Source: Candidatus Saccharimonadota bacterium (GTDB lineage Bacteria > Patescibacteriota > Saccharimonadia > Saccharimonadales > UBA4665). From it: a stretch of DNA of 32,000 nucleotides. Shown here one piece after another: positions 18,089-28,929 of this stretch. The notes below the pieces were generated by a model that was given only the letters and a program-made list of their open reading frames with translations, had not been told where the DNA came from and did no database searches. The position numbers and the translations under genes were made by a program. Within the stretch, counting starts at the first letter, position 1; each line of letters starts with the position of its first letter. The stretch spans positions 1,170,001-1,202,000 of the forward strand of contig CP064992.1 of the NCBI GenBank assembly GCA_016699935.1, read 5' to 3'.

Positions 18089-19700
18089 TTACCCAACCAC
18101 TCGGAAGACTTCGTCTAGGTGGTGTGGCCGGCGACAACATGGAGAATGGCGTCTTGGAGCATGGTACGCATGCCGCTTGCCACGGCTGCCGATTCGATTT
18201 CTTGGGCAGACAGGACGTGATCGTGGCTCTCCAGCAGCTTACGGATTTCACCAGTCATGATGAATTGTTCGCGTACAGCGATCTGGCCTTTAAAACCGTA
18301 GGGTTTTCGGCCGATGAACCTGGTTTGTACAGCTTGATTCCTTGCAAGTTTGGCCGTTCAATGCCAACCGGCAGTGTCTCAATAACCCGTTGGATGGTTT
18401 GCAGTTCGCTAGCTGTGGGATCATACGGTAGCTTTATGGCGTCGTCGAGCTGCCGAATAAGCCGCTGTGCCATGACAAGGCGAATCGCCGAAACAAACAG
18501 TGGGTTCTGACCGATGATATCGCTGAGCCGCGTCAGTGCCGCCGAAGCAGACGAAGCATGAAATGTGGCAAGCACCAGGTGGCCCGTGAGGCTGGCCTGC
18601 AAGGCGGTTTTGGCGGTGTCATTATCGCGAATTTCTCCCACCATAACGATATCTGGGTCAAGTCGCAGAATAGCACGAAGCTTTTCGGCAAATGAGCCGT
18701 CGTTGCCAGATTCGGTCGACTTGATGGGAATCTGCGTTATCCCCTCAAACTGGTACTCAACCGGATCTTCAACGGTGATGATTTTTCGCTCATCACTCGA
18801 GAGGCTATTGAGCATAGAATATAACGTGGTGGTTTTACCAGAGCCGGTCGGACCGACTATTAGGACAAGACCACTCGGTTTACTGATGATGTCATCGACA
18901 ACCGCACGCTGATCTGGCAATAGCCCTAGCCTGTCCAAGTTATACATAGCACGGTCCATATTGAACAGCCGCATCACAACATCCATGCCATGGATGGTTG
19001 GAACGGTCTCAAGACGAACATTTACGTCCACTTCATTGCCATCTGCCATTTTCACCTTCTGGGCAATATGGCCTTGCTGCGCGTAGTCTGCGCTGGTGCT
19101 CACATTGCCAGCACTGGCAATGGCAGCAATCAGCACGCGGTATTTATCTGGCTCCAGCCGGGCAACTGGGTGCAATACACCGTCTATGCGAAACCGTATG
19201 CGCGCATCTTCAACCTGAGTTTCAAGGTGAATGTCACTGGCGTTCAGATTGTGCGCTTGGCTCACCAAGTAGGCCAGTATGTCATCAGCGCGCACCTGAT
19301 CAAGCGTTAGAGATACTTCTTTGACCAACTGCTCAGTGCCGGCGGTATTGATAGCAATATCCTGATACACAACTTGTTTCGGTGGGTCATACAAGTTCAT
19401 ATATTCCCGGAAACCACTTTCAGATATGAGGGTAAAGGCTATTTTCTGGTCGGTAAAATGCTCAACGAGCGCATTCATCGTTTGCTGTGACGTTGTGGTG
19501 GTTATACCAAAGAGAATGTTGCTCCGATCTGCCCGCATCGGGATAAGTTTGTATTGCCGCATTTGATCGATAGTGACAATATCTTTAAACAAAGGCTTTT
19601 CTGCCATTTGTGAAGTGTCGGAGTAGCTGACATGCAAAATATCCGCACGTCGTGCAGTGGCCTGCTCATCGTTCAAGCGCGCTTGCTGGTTATCTTCCAT
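18089..19700 (-). CDS. pilB: Type II/IV secretion (type IV pilus assembly) ATPase, GspE/PilB family, with at least 2 apparent frameshifts near the 3' end
   Basis: The main fragment 18255..19700 has Walker A (VGPTGSGKTTTLYS) and GEIRDNDTAKTALQASLTGHLVLATFHA. The C-terminus continues in other frames as GYKGQIAVREQFIMTGEIRKLLESHDHVLSAQEIESAAVASGMRTMLQDAILHVVAGHTT then LDEVFRVVG, with stop TAA at 18089-18091. Confidence 0.88.
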
Positions 19701-19761
19701 CTATTGCCCCACTCATTTGCACTTATTATAACTGCTTGTGTTTGGAGAAGAAAGTATAACG

Positions 19762-19773
19762 TATGATATAAGA
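19762..19773 (+). promoter_or_regulatory. -10 box TATGAT 6 nt upstream of the trmH ATG; leaderless-type
   Basis: acgTATGATataagaATGATG on the plus strand. Confidence 0.4.
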
Positions 19774-20281
19774 ATGATGAAACGAAAAATCATACTCATT
19801 GCCCACGATATCCGGAGCACCCACAATGTCGGCAGTCTGCTGCGTACTGCCGAGTGTCTCGGAGTGGAAAGGGTTTACTTAAGCGGGTATACTCCTTACC
19901 CAAGTGTCAAAACGATGAACGTTTACCACATATACACCAAAAATTAACCGCCCAAATTCACAAAACAGCTCTTGGCGCAGAAAACCTCGTCGCTTGGGAA
20001 AACAATCTGATGTAGCGGCCCTGATCCAGAATCTCCACACCGATGGGTATACGGTCGTCGCCCTTGAGCAAACCCTTCAAAGCACCGACATTTCGTCTTG
20101 GAATGCTCCCGATAAGATAGCAATTTTACTTGGTCGAGAGGTAGAAGGCATAGATGACGCCTTGATCCGGCTATGTGATTACGCAGTTGAAATACCTCAA
20201 TTCGGCCAAAAAGAATCGTTAAACGTTGTGCAAGCCGCAGCAATCGCTCTCTTTAAAGCACGGTTTGCCACCAAGGGCTAA
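19774..20281 (+). CDS. SpoU/TrmH-family RNA 2'-O-methyltransferase, with 2 apparent frameshifts
   Basis: Fragments 19738..19947 and 19994..20281. The first contains HDIRSTHNVGSLLRTAECLGV. The second contains LLGREVEGIDDALIRLCDYAVEIPQFGQKESLNVVQAAAIALF. A linking segment in a third frame reads PKCQNDERLPHIHQKLTAQIHKTALGAENLVAWEN. Confidence 0.8.
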
Positions 20282-20316
20282 GTATGCTATAGTTCTTATG
20301 ATAATCTAAAACAAAA

Positions 20317-21407
20317 ATGACACTCACCAAAACAAAACTCGTCGCCCGACGACGGCACACCGCAAACGAACTGCCCAACACCATCGGCAAAGTAGTCGCT
20401 ACGCACAGCCTTACTGGCCGTATTTGCCTATTGTTGCGATTTTTACACTTGGCCTACTTTTCAATACCTGGTTTGCTGGACACCAGCGGAGTGTTCTTGG
20501 ATACGCAACTGATATGAGCTCTTCATCGCTCTTAAGTGGCACAAACTCGCAGCGTGCAGCTAGTAGCCTTGGAGCGCTTGCCTTGAACGGAGTCTTAGGC
20601 CAGGCAGCCCAAAACAAAGCAAATGACATGGTTGCTAGGGACTACTGGTCGCACAATACGCCCGACGGTCAAACCCCATGGACATTTATCACCGCTGTGG
20701 GCTACGGCTACCAAGCGGCTGGAGAAAACCTCGCGTACGGTTTTGCGACCGCGTCGGACACCATAACTGGCTGGATGAATAGCCCAGGTCACCGCGCAAA
20801 TATCCTCAACACCAGTTTCAGTGAAGTTGGTTTTGGCGTAGCTAACTCAGCCAACTACCAAGGAGGCGGCCCACAAACAGTAGTCGTTGCAATGTATGCC
20901 TTGCCAGTTGGCGGTACACCACCTGCTGCACCCGCTCCGACACCTACACCAGCGCCAACCCCCGCGCCTTCCCCCACTCCAACCCCGGCTCCGAGTCCTA
21001 CCGCATCAGGTGGTGGCTCAAGCCGACCATCGGCTCCAACCCAGGAACAAACACCTACTGCTCCAGCCCCAGCTGAGTTACCCGCCCCTGAACCCATCGT
21101 ACCGACACCAGCGACCAAGCAAGGCGACCCAGAAACTGTTACGAAAGCAGCTGACAGCACCGCTCCGCAAAAAGTGAGCCGTTTACAGGTCCTCACTGCA
21201 ACCAATGTCGGATGGTCACAGTTTGCAGTGAGCATGCTTGCTAGTGTCGCCCTCCTCGCCTTTCTCCTTCGCCACAGCTTTGCCTGGCACAAAGTATTGG
21301 TTCGAGGTGAGAAGTTTATATTGCACCACCCGTTCTTGGACATCGTGTTTGTGGCTGTCGCAACGCTCGGGTTTATCTTACTTCAAACAACTGGCACCAT
21401 CCGCTAG
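20317..21407 (+). CDS. CAP/SCP (PR-1-like) domain protein with TM segments at both ends and a Pro/Thr/Ala-rich linker, with 1 apparent frameshift
   Basis: Fragments 20317..20517 and 20424..21407. The frame of the second runs back as ...HHRQSSRYAQPYWPYLPIVAIFTLGLL. The CAP motifs are YWSHNTPDG...GENLAYG...GWMNSPGHRANIL. A PAPTPTPAPTPAPSPTPTPAPSP linker follows, then two C-terminal hydrophobic segments. Confidence 0.8.
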
Positions 21408-21436
21408 CTGTAAAATTAGTGGGAATAGCTCTAAGC

Positions 21437-24400
21437 TTATTGCAACTTCACGTTTTCTGCACCAACAAGCTCGGTTAAGTCTGAGATGACTGAAGGTGCC
21501 TGCACTCGAGCAGGAAGCTTAACGGCTTGTTTGGCGGTATCTGGTCCGAGCACAAGAACTACCTCGTGCTCACCGATACTACCATCGATAATCTGTTTCA
21601 GCTGGCTGAGCAGCGCGGTATCGTCACTCCGTTTTAAGCGTATATACAACCGTGGAGCTTTGGTCGCTTCGACAGCATCTGGAACAGAAGAATTTTTTAC
21701 CGTCTTCGTTCTTGCTGAAGACTTCGCCGGTTTTGGTACCCGCGCTTTTCGACCAGTTGCCTGGTAGGCCGCTGCTTGTTCATGGGTAACCTCACGAGCA
21801 TCGTCAACGAGCACCTTAACTTCGTCGCCACTGTTGCCGTCACGGCCTTTTGTGCTGAGTTTCCCGCGTATGAGCACCACACGATCGCGCTCCCACAACC
21901 CGACAGTCTGCTGGAAGGCAGAAGGAAATAGCACAGCTTCAATATCGCCGTATTCATCCTCGATTTTAACAAACGCCATTTTTTGGCCATTTTTGGTCGT
22001 AATTTCACGAGTTTCGGTGATGCTTCCACCGATAACAACCGCTCGACCGTCATGCTCGGGTTTCAAAATATTGAGCGGTGTGGTCTGCTCGGCCAGTAAC
22101 GCACTGAATGCTGCAAGCGGCTGTTGACTCAGGTACAAACCAAGTAGTTCGCGCTCCCACAGCAAAAGTTCACGTGCATTATGCTTGTACTCAGGTGGTG
22201 CTAGCTGGAGGGTAGGTTTTGCCGATCTGGCATCATCGTCAAGGCTCCCAAACAGGTCAGTCTGTCCACTGGCCTTTTCCTTTTGGAGGCGCTGGCCAAA
22301 TGCAAGAATGATGTCGAGGTTATGGAGCAACGTCGATCGGTCACCAAATGCATCAAATGCTCCAGACCGCGCTAAGCTTTCAAGAGCCTTCCGGTTGACA
22401 GTACGCAAGTTGACCGCACCCACAAAATCTTCGATGCTCGTGAATACACCCAATTCTCTCGCGTGCACGATTTCCTCGACAGCACCCTGGCCGACGTTTT
22501 TTATGGCGTTCATGCCAAATCGGATGGCATTTCTTTCCTTGACCACTGCAAATTCGCCGAACGACTCATTTACGTCGGGGGGTAGGACTTGCAGGCCCAT
22601 TTTTTTACACTCAGTAATCTCAATACTTAATCGGTCGCTATCATCATAGTCACTCGTCATAAGGGCGGCCATAAATGCTGCTGGATAGTGAGCTTTGAGG
22701 TATGCCGTCTGATACGCGATGAGTCCGTAGCAGGCAGCGTGCGCTTTGTTGAAACAGTAGGCGGCAAAATCTTCGAGTTGCTTCCAAAAATCTTCCATCA
22801 GGCCACGCTCGGCCCCGACCGTCTTGACCGCACCTTCAATGAATTCGGCCTTCATTTTGGCCATCATCTGCGGATTTTTCTTGCCGATAGCCTTACGTAG
22901 CGTGTCGGCCTGGCCGCCCGTAAAACCACACATATCCTTGCTGATCTGCATGACCTGTTCTTGCATGACAATGACGCCGTAAGTACTTTCAAGAGCAGGC
23001 TTCATCGCTGGATGCATATAGGTTATTTGCTTTTTGCCATGCTTTCGGGCAATGAAATCTTCAATCCACTGCATTGGACCCGGACGATACAGAGCCACCA
23101 TAGAGATGATGTCTTCAAAAACTGAGGGTTGGAGTTCCTTTAAGTAGCGCTTCATCCCAGCTGACTCGAGCTGGAACACACCGGTCGTGTCGCCGCTACT
23201 CAGCAGTTTGTATGTTTTTGTATCGTCAAGCGGAATGGTGTTGATGTCTATGTCATCACCGTAGACTTTTTTATGATTCGAAGCGCGTTCTTGATGATGG
23301 TCAGGTTTGATAGCCCAAGAAAATCCATTTTGAGTAGTCCAAGTTCCTCGATCGGGCCCATCGGGTATTGAGTCGCGACGACTCCCTTTTGTGCCATTTC
23401 AAGTGGTGCAAATTTGACTATGTCATCTGGCGCTATGACAACCCCGCGGCATGTACGCCGTGACTCCGCACCGTTCCCTCGAGGATTATGGCGTAGTCTA
23501 TGACAGTCTTGCTCGTTTCGTTCGTTTCGTACTCGCCGCAGATCGACGTCGTCGACTATAGAGGTCGCGAGCGGGATATGGCGCCCTGGACAGGCTGGGG
23601 ATCATCTTAGCCAGTCGGTCAGCATCTGCGTAAGGCACCTGTAGCACACGGGCGACATCGCGGACAGCATTTCGTGCAAACATCCGGCCAAAGGTGACGA
23701 TGTTTGCCACGCGGTCTTTGCCGTATTTTTCCACGCAGTACTGGATAACTTCATCGCGGCGCGTATCTTGAATGTCGATGTCAACATCGGGCATCGATAT
23801 ACGGTCAGGGTTCAAAAACCGCTCAAACAACAGGTCATATGCCAATGGGTCAAGCTCAGTGATCTTGAGTGCATAGGAGATAATGGAGCCAGCGGCACTG
23901 CCTCGACCCGGCCCAAATACAATGCCGTTATTTTTACCCCAGTTAATAAAATCTTGAATGATAAGAAAGTAGCCGTCAAAGCCCATTTTTTCGATTATGC
24001 CCAGTTCATATTCGGCGCGTGTAATAACTGCCTCGGGGATGTGTTTGCGCGCTTCTGCGACCGACATGGTCGATGCTTCATCTTCTGTCACGCCACCGTA
24101 GCGCCACGCCATCCCCCGGAACGCGAGTGTATCTAGGTAGGTCTTTTCCGTTTCGCCATTCGGCACAGGAAACATGGGGATGAGGATTTTGCCTAGGTCA
24201 ATATTGACCCCGCAACGCTCAGCGACGACTTTGGTGTTTAGGATAACCTCGGGGTAGTCAGTGCCCCAGCGAGATATGAGCTCGTCCGGTGGCGTTACAT
24301 GCAGCTCGTAATCCTTTAGGCTCATCCGTTTTTCGTCGCTTAAAAAAGCACCAGTACCAACACACAGCAAGATCTCGTGGGCGTCTTGGTCGGCATGTTT

Positions 24401-25102
24401 TAGGTAGTGCGCATCACAGGTGAGAACGACGGATATATTGAGTTCTTTTGCCAGCTTAAACACGCCGTCGTTGACTCGCTTTTGTTCCGCGCTGTGCGAC
24501 GGCGCATCAGGATGGCCGTGGTCTTGAACCTCGAGATAGTAGCGGTCGTTAAATGTCTTTTGTACCAGCTAGCCACTTCTTTGCCTTAGCGTAATCATCG
24601 TTTTTCAGCGCATCGCCAATCTCCCCGCCCATACAGGCACTTCATGGCAATGAGCCCTCGCCGTACTGCTCGAGAAGCTCATGGTCTATACGCGGAAAGT
24701 AGTAAAACCCGTCCAGATTAGCGATAGTGCTCAAGCGCATCAGGTTCTGGTAGCCCGTCTGGTTCATGGCAAGCAAGATGAGGTGGTAGCGGTTTTTATC
24801 TTCTGGGGATCCTTGTCCGTATGACGTCTTGAGGCGACGTATGTCTCTATGCCGATGATAGGCTTCACCTCTTGCCCGAGACACTCTTTATAAAACTCTA
24901 TGGTGCCGCTGAGGGTGCCATGATAGGTCATGCCTACGGCAGTCATACCTTGTTCTTTGACAAAGCTAACGAGCTCCGGGATCTTCGTCAAACCATCCAG
25001 CAAACTATACTGCGTATGATTATGCAGGTGCACATAGTCTGTTACCGACACAGAAGCAGGCTTTGATACAGCTTTAGCTTTCTTCTCAGACATATACCTC
25101 AC
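21437..25102 (-). CDS. dnaE: DNA polymerase III alpha subunit DnaE, broken into at least 6 fragments
   Basis: Fragments are 24764..25102 (PHP: VHLHNHTQYSLLDG), 24642..24884, 23498..24463 (GPGRGSAAGSIISYALKITELDP...PDVDIDI) and 21437..23179 (fingers, OB fold and C-terminal region). The gaps 23180-23497 and 24464-24641 carry the expected sequence in shifted frames. The total span of ~1220 codons is normal for DnaE. The start is GTG 25102 or ATG 25093. Confidence 0.92.
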
Positions 25103-25148
25103 AAGTTGTCATACTTAGCGAAGCCATTGCATCATCCTCTTTTTTTAG

Positions 25149-25175
25149 AGGATCCTTCACTTCATTCAGGATGAC
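25149..25175 (+). repeat. GAATGACA-type hairpin repeat upstream of dnaE
   Basis: ggatccttcacttcattcaggatgaca. It is preceded by the hairpin atcctct-tttttt-agaggat. Confidence 0.55.
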
Positions 25176-25295
25176 AGCATCCCTTCATTACTCCATACAA
25201 TTATATCGTAAACTGCGTCATCCCGTCAGAAACACTTTTACAACAGTGCGCTTCAAAGAAACGATAGTCGTCTGATGCGGCTTATTGTTTCGGGG

Positions 25296-25712
25296 TTTAT
25301 TTCTTCAAATAGTTGCGGAGATTTTCTACGGCTTTAGTGGCCTCAGCGATGGCTTTTTTGAGGTCTTTGTCTTCGGCTTCACCGTCGTGAAGGCTTGAAA
25401 GCATTTCTCGGGCTTTGTCTTTGGCTTTCTGGCCTTTGCTGACTGCTTCATCGAGCGATTTTTTGCCTTTGCCTCTTAGCTCACTAATTTTGTCTCCAGC
25501 TTCAGTCAGCGCCTCACCTAACTCGGTATGGAGTTTTTTGAGTTCTTTTTCAGCGGCAGCGTACGTTTCAACCGCTTTATCTTTGATATCTTCGCGCGTT
25601 TCTTTGCCACTTTTTGTGCCGTCAAAATTCCGGCGATATACCCGGCAACTGCACTGATGGCCGCTCCAATGGCTAGTTTCTTTGCTACGTTTGGTTTGTC
25701 GGCTTTCGACAT
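25296..25712 (-). CDS. YtxH-like general stress protein, with 1 apparent frameshift
   Basis: Fragment 25518..25712 (MSKADKPNVAKKLAIGAAISAVAGYIAGILTA) continues in another frame as PKSGKETREDIKDKAVETYAAAEKELKKLHTELGEALTEAGDKISELRGKGKKSLDEAVSKGQKAKDKAREMLSSLHDGEAEDKDLKKAIAEATKAVENLRNYLKK, with a stop at 25296-25298. An SD aGGAGGagatagcag precedes the ATG. Confidence 0.75.
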
Positions 25713-25715
25713 CTG

Positions 25716-25967
25716 CTATCTCCTCCTATGTTTACTTGCTGTTGTGACGAACTTCATAACCATACGCAGTAAACCAACGGCACCGGCATTTTTCGCAAAT
25801 GTTTCACCAATCTCCTCTACTCGATCGACAATGGCACCACCTTTGGTAGCTACCTCTCGGAGCGATTTCACGAGTTTGAGCGTAAGTACGGCGATACATA
25901 TACTAAGAACCAGTAATATTGCGAGGAGTACACTGAGGATAATGACTAGAATTTCAAATGCGTCCAT
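25716..25967 (-). CDS. DUF948-like small membrane protein (usual partner of YtxH)
   Basis: Intact 83 aa with an N-terminal TM segment (ILVIILSVLLAILLVLSICIAVL) followed by an amphipathic region. The gene order with YtxH matches the ytxG/ytxH-type pairs I recall from Firmicutes. Confidence 0.6.
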   Translation of the reverse strand: MDAFEILVIILSVLLAILLVLSICIAVLTLKLVKSLREVATKGGAIVDRVEEIGETFAKNAGAVGLLRMVMKFVTTASKHRRR

Positions 25968-25982
25968 ACGTGTACTATATCA
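25968..25982 (-). promoter_or_regulatory. Extended -10 (TGaTATAGT) 6 nt upstream of the DUF948 ATG; leaderless-type
   Basis: The minus strand reads aatagTGaTATAGTacacgtATG. Confidence 0.45.
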
Positions 25983-26012
25983 CTATTTTAGCCAGACAAA
26001 CAGTCAGACAGT

Positions 26013-26913
26013 TTACAATTCCTTCAGGAGTTTCTCGACATGCGCCCGGAAAGTAGACCCAAGCTCTTTGTGGCGCAAGGCAAATTCGACGACAGTCATG
26101 AGGTACTCGAGTTTGTCGCCTGTGTCATACCGACGGCTATTTTGCATGACGCAACCGAAAAATTTATGACCATCTTTGAGCATAGGGTCAACCAAACTGG
26201 TAGCCACATAGAATTCTTCACCTACCGGCAGTGATGCAATACCGTTTTCGATGTATTTCAAAACCGATGGCTCAAATAAATAGCTACTCACCTGCGCATA
26301 GTTCGACGGTGCCTTTTCGCGGCCGGGCTTTTCTACCATACCCGACATTCGCAAAACATCATCACGAATTTCTGCCGGCGAGTATACCATAGCGGTCAAA
26401 TTCTTTATCGGTATGGACTTTCATGCAAGTCGCTATGCTACCACCTAGCTCATTGTAGAGGTTTACCATTTGCGTAAATGTGTTCGGCTCCGACACCACC
26501 AGGTCATCGGCATACACAAATATGAACGGTTCATCACCTATGAGATGCGCGGCATTGGCTATAGGCGTGGCATTACCATACGGACCTTTTTGGCGCACAT
26601 AAATGAAGTTCGCCATGTTCGCCAGGTCTTCCATCTGCTGGATGTAGTGGGCTTTTTGGGACCACCGGCGCGAATATTCACCAGCAAGTCTTCATTTGGC
26701 ACATCGAAGTGGTCTTCTATGGCACGCTTGCTGCTGCTCCCGACTATGATAATGTCCTTTATGCCTGCTGCTACCAGATCTTCGACGGCATACTGGATGA
26801 TGGGCTTATCGATAAGTGGTAGCATTTCCTTGGGCATAGCCTTGGTTTGCGGTAAGAAGCGAGTCCCAAACCCTGCTGCTGCGATAACTGCCTTCGTAAC
26901 TGCCTTCTGCCAT
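26013..26913 (-). CDS. galU: UTP-glucose-1-phosphate uridylyltransferase GalU, with at least 3 apparent frameshifts
   Basis: Fragments 26559..26837, 26362..26634 and 26013..26399. An N-terminal piece in a shifted frame reads [42 protein letters not shown] 26913..26911 is preceded by cGGAGGcatat. Confidence 0.85.
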
Positions 26914-26949
26914 ATATGCCTCCGATTTAGATTGACTCTTATTATATAC

Positions 26950-28401
26950 CTAATTGCTTTTTGATAAGCTGCGCTGCGAGCGCGGGTTCGCCTTGCCCTG
27001 AGATTGTTTCATGACTTGACCAACCAAGAAACCAATGGCTTTCATTTCGCCACCTTGCACATCACCTGCCGCCTTGGGATTCTCTGCTAAAACTTGCTTC
27101 ACGATTTCAGCAATGGCTCCTTCGTCGCTGACTTGCATTAAGTTTTTCTCTCCAGCAATTTTGGTAGGGTCCTCACCAGTTTTGAGCATGGTATCGAGCA
27201 CTTCTTTGGCTGCTGTTGAACTGAGCATATTATCTGCAACCATTTGGCTCAGAGCGATAAGATTTTTCACCTGGGATGATGTTTTTACCTCTTTTGCCTC
27301 AACTTCATCCGCATCATCACTGCCGTCCGATTGCGGCTTTAGTAGCCAAAAAGCGGCGCGCTTAGCGTGAGCAGAACCAGCATCGTCGTACACTTCACCA
27401 ACGAGCTTTGCTGTCGCAGGTTCCGCGACAACGTCTTCGACCGTTTTGGCATCGAGTCCCATGGCAGCGAATTTCTCGCGGTAGGCATCTGGTAGCTCGG
27501 GCATGTTTGCCGCGATGTTTGCCACATACTCGTCGCTGAGGACGATCGGTGGGATATCTGGGTCGGGCATGTAACGGTATTCGTAGGAGTCTTCTTTGCT
27601 GCGCTGACTGAAAGTCTTTTGGCCGGCGTCATCCCAACCGCGCGTTTCCTGTACAACCGTCTCTCCCTGTTCCAGCAAGCCGATTTGGCGCTCCACCTCG
27701 TACTCAACAGCACGTTCTACGCTCCGGAAACTATTCAGGTTCTTGGTTTCGGTGCGCTTGCCGAGTTCGGCCGTTTTACTGACGCTGACATTGACATCGA
27801 AGCGCATATTGCCATAGTAAAGGTTTGCATCTGAGACTTCGGCGTAGCGCATCCGCAGGTACAGCTCACGTGCGTAGCCCTTGGCTTCGGCGGCACTGTG
27901 CATGTCGGGTTCGCTCACGATTTCAAGCAGTGGTGTCCCAGCTCGGTTCAGATCTACCAGGCTGTAATCGGCACCCGCCGGATGAGTCGATTTGCCGGCA
28001 TCTGCCTCCATATGCGCTTCATGGATGCGAACTGTCTTGGATTCGCCGTCCAGCGTAAACGTTACTGAGCCGTCTTTGATAATCGGGTCATAGAATTGCG
28101 TAATCTGGTAGCCAAGCGGCAAGTCTGGGTAGAAGTAGTGCTTTCGGTCAAATTTACTAAACCGCTGCGGCTCTGTCCCAAGCGCAAAGGCTGCCTGGCT
28201 GGCAAGTTCAACCGCTTTTTCGTTCAGCACTGGTAATGCCCCCGGCAAGCCAAAATCTATATGATTCACGAGTGTGTTTGGCACGGCCTCTCTGGCATCA
28301 TTGTCTGCTCCACTAAACAGCTTTGTCTTTGTTTTTAGCTGCACATGACACTCTATGCCGACGGTAACGGTGTACTGGGAGCGGATATCATCGGATATCA
28401 T
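26950..28401 (-). CDS. gatB: Asp/Glu-tRNA amidotransferase subunit B
   Basis: Intact 483 aa: [17 protein letters not shown]...[19 protein letters not shown]..., with a C-terminal GatB/YqeY domain. Confidence 0.95.
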   Translation of the reverse strand: MISDDIRSQYTVTVGIECHVQLKTKTKLFSGADNDAREAVPNTLVNHIDFGLPGALPVLNEKAVELASQAAFALGTEPQRFSKFDRKHYFYPDLPLGYQITQFYDPIIKDGSVTFTLDGESKTVRIHEAHMEADAGKSTHPAGADYSLVDLNRAGTPLLEIVSEPDMHSAAEAKGYARELYLRMRYAEVSDANLYYGNMRFDVNVSVSKTAELGKRTETKNLNSFRSVERAVEYEVERQIGLLEQGETVVQETRGWDDAGQKTFSQRSKEDSYEYRYMPDPDIPPIVLSDEYVANIAANMPELPDAYREKFAAMGLDAKTVEDVVAEPATAKLVGEVYDDAGSAHAKRAAFWLLKPQSDGSDDADEVEAKEVKTSSQVKNLIALSQMVADNMLSSTAAKEVLDTMLKTGEDPTKIAGEKNLMQVSDEGAIAEIVKQVLAENPKAAGDVQGGEMKAIGFLVGQVMKQSQGKANPRSQRSLSKSN

Positions 28402-28422
28402 AAACTCTACCTTCTGTTACAT

Positions 28423-28504
28423 TTGAGAATGAGGTATGACGAATGATGAATGACGTATTTGGAATGTTATACACCACTCTCCATTCACCATTCATCATAC
28501 TTGC
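28423..28504. repeat. Period-7 arrays in inverted orientation (imperfect palindrome) in the spacer upstream of gatB
   Basis: The left arm is TTGAGAA TGAGGTA TGACGAA TGATGAA TGACGTA TTTGGAA. The right arm is CTCTCCA TTCACCA TTCATCA TACTTGC. A 9-bp perfect core pairs tgatgaatg (28444-28452) with cattcatca (28489-28497). Confidence 0.5.
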
Positions 28505-28509
28505 CTGTC

Positions 28510-28929
28510 TCATAGTGCTCCCAAGTCCTTCAATGCCGATTTTATCCCAAGCAATGCGTCTTTCACGTCGCGCTCACGAAGTTTAATGTCGCTTTCGTGA
28601 ACAAGCTTATTACGGAGCTTGTGACCAAACCAGACTTCATCGTTATATTTTATTTCGCGCTGCGCCGCAACAAGCCGTTCGCCCATGGTTTTTCCCTTAA
28701 AACGGCGGTCTTTCAGCGCCTTATCAAGGAGCTTGTCGGCGTCGATGATAGCGAGTGGCCACGTGGCAGTATCCTTCAAGAGCTTTTGTAGTTCTTTCCA
28801 CTTCTGTTCGTAATACGCCATGTTCATTTTCCGACCGCGACGGGAAATAACCCCCGCGACGATAACCAACAGAGCCATGAGCAGACCGGCGCCCACCGCG
28901 AGAACAGTTGAATTCATCATATCGTTCAC
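28510..28929 (-). CDS. Hypothetical single-pass membrane protein embedded in the gat operon
   Basis: Intact 139 aa with an N-terminal TM segment (VLAVGAGLLMALLVIVAGVI) and a basic helical domain. The GTG start overlaps the gatA TGA (GTGA). The SD GAAGGAG lies 7 nt upstream. Confidence 0.65.
   Translation of the reverse strand: MNDMMNSTVLAVGAGLLMALLVIVAGVISRRGRKMNMAYYEQKWKELQKLLKDTATWPLAIIDADKLLDKALKDRRFKGKTMGERLVAAQREIKYNDEVWFGHKLRNKLVHESDIKLRERDVKDALLGIKSALKDLGAL

Noticed and set aside
21437-25102. An intein or mobile insertion in dnaE as the explanation for the gaps at 23180-23497 and 24464-24641.
   Set aside because: The total span (~1220 codons) is normal for DnaE. Translating the gaps in shifted frames gives ordinary DnaE sequence, and no Cys/Ser...HN intein boundaries or endonuclease motifs are present.
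25103-25295. A possible small RNA or tRNA in the dnaE-ytxH spacer and other long spacers.
   Set aside because: I found no cloverleaf-compatible sequence and no GTTCGAATC-like T-arm. The spacer is explained by a GAATGACA-type repeat, an A/T-loop hairpin and promoter sequence.
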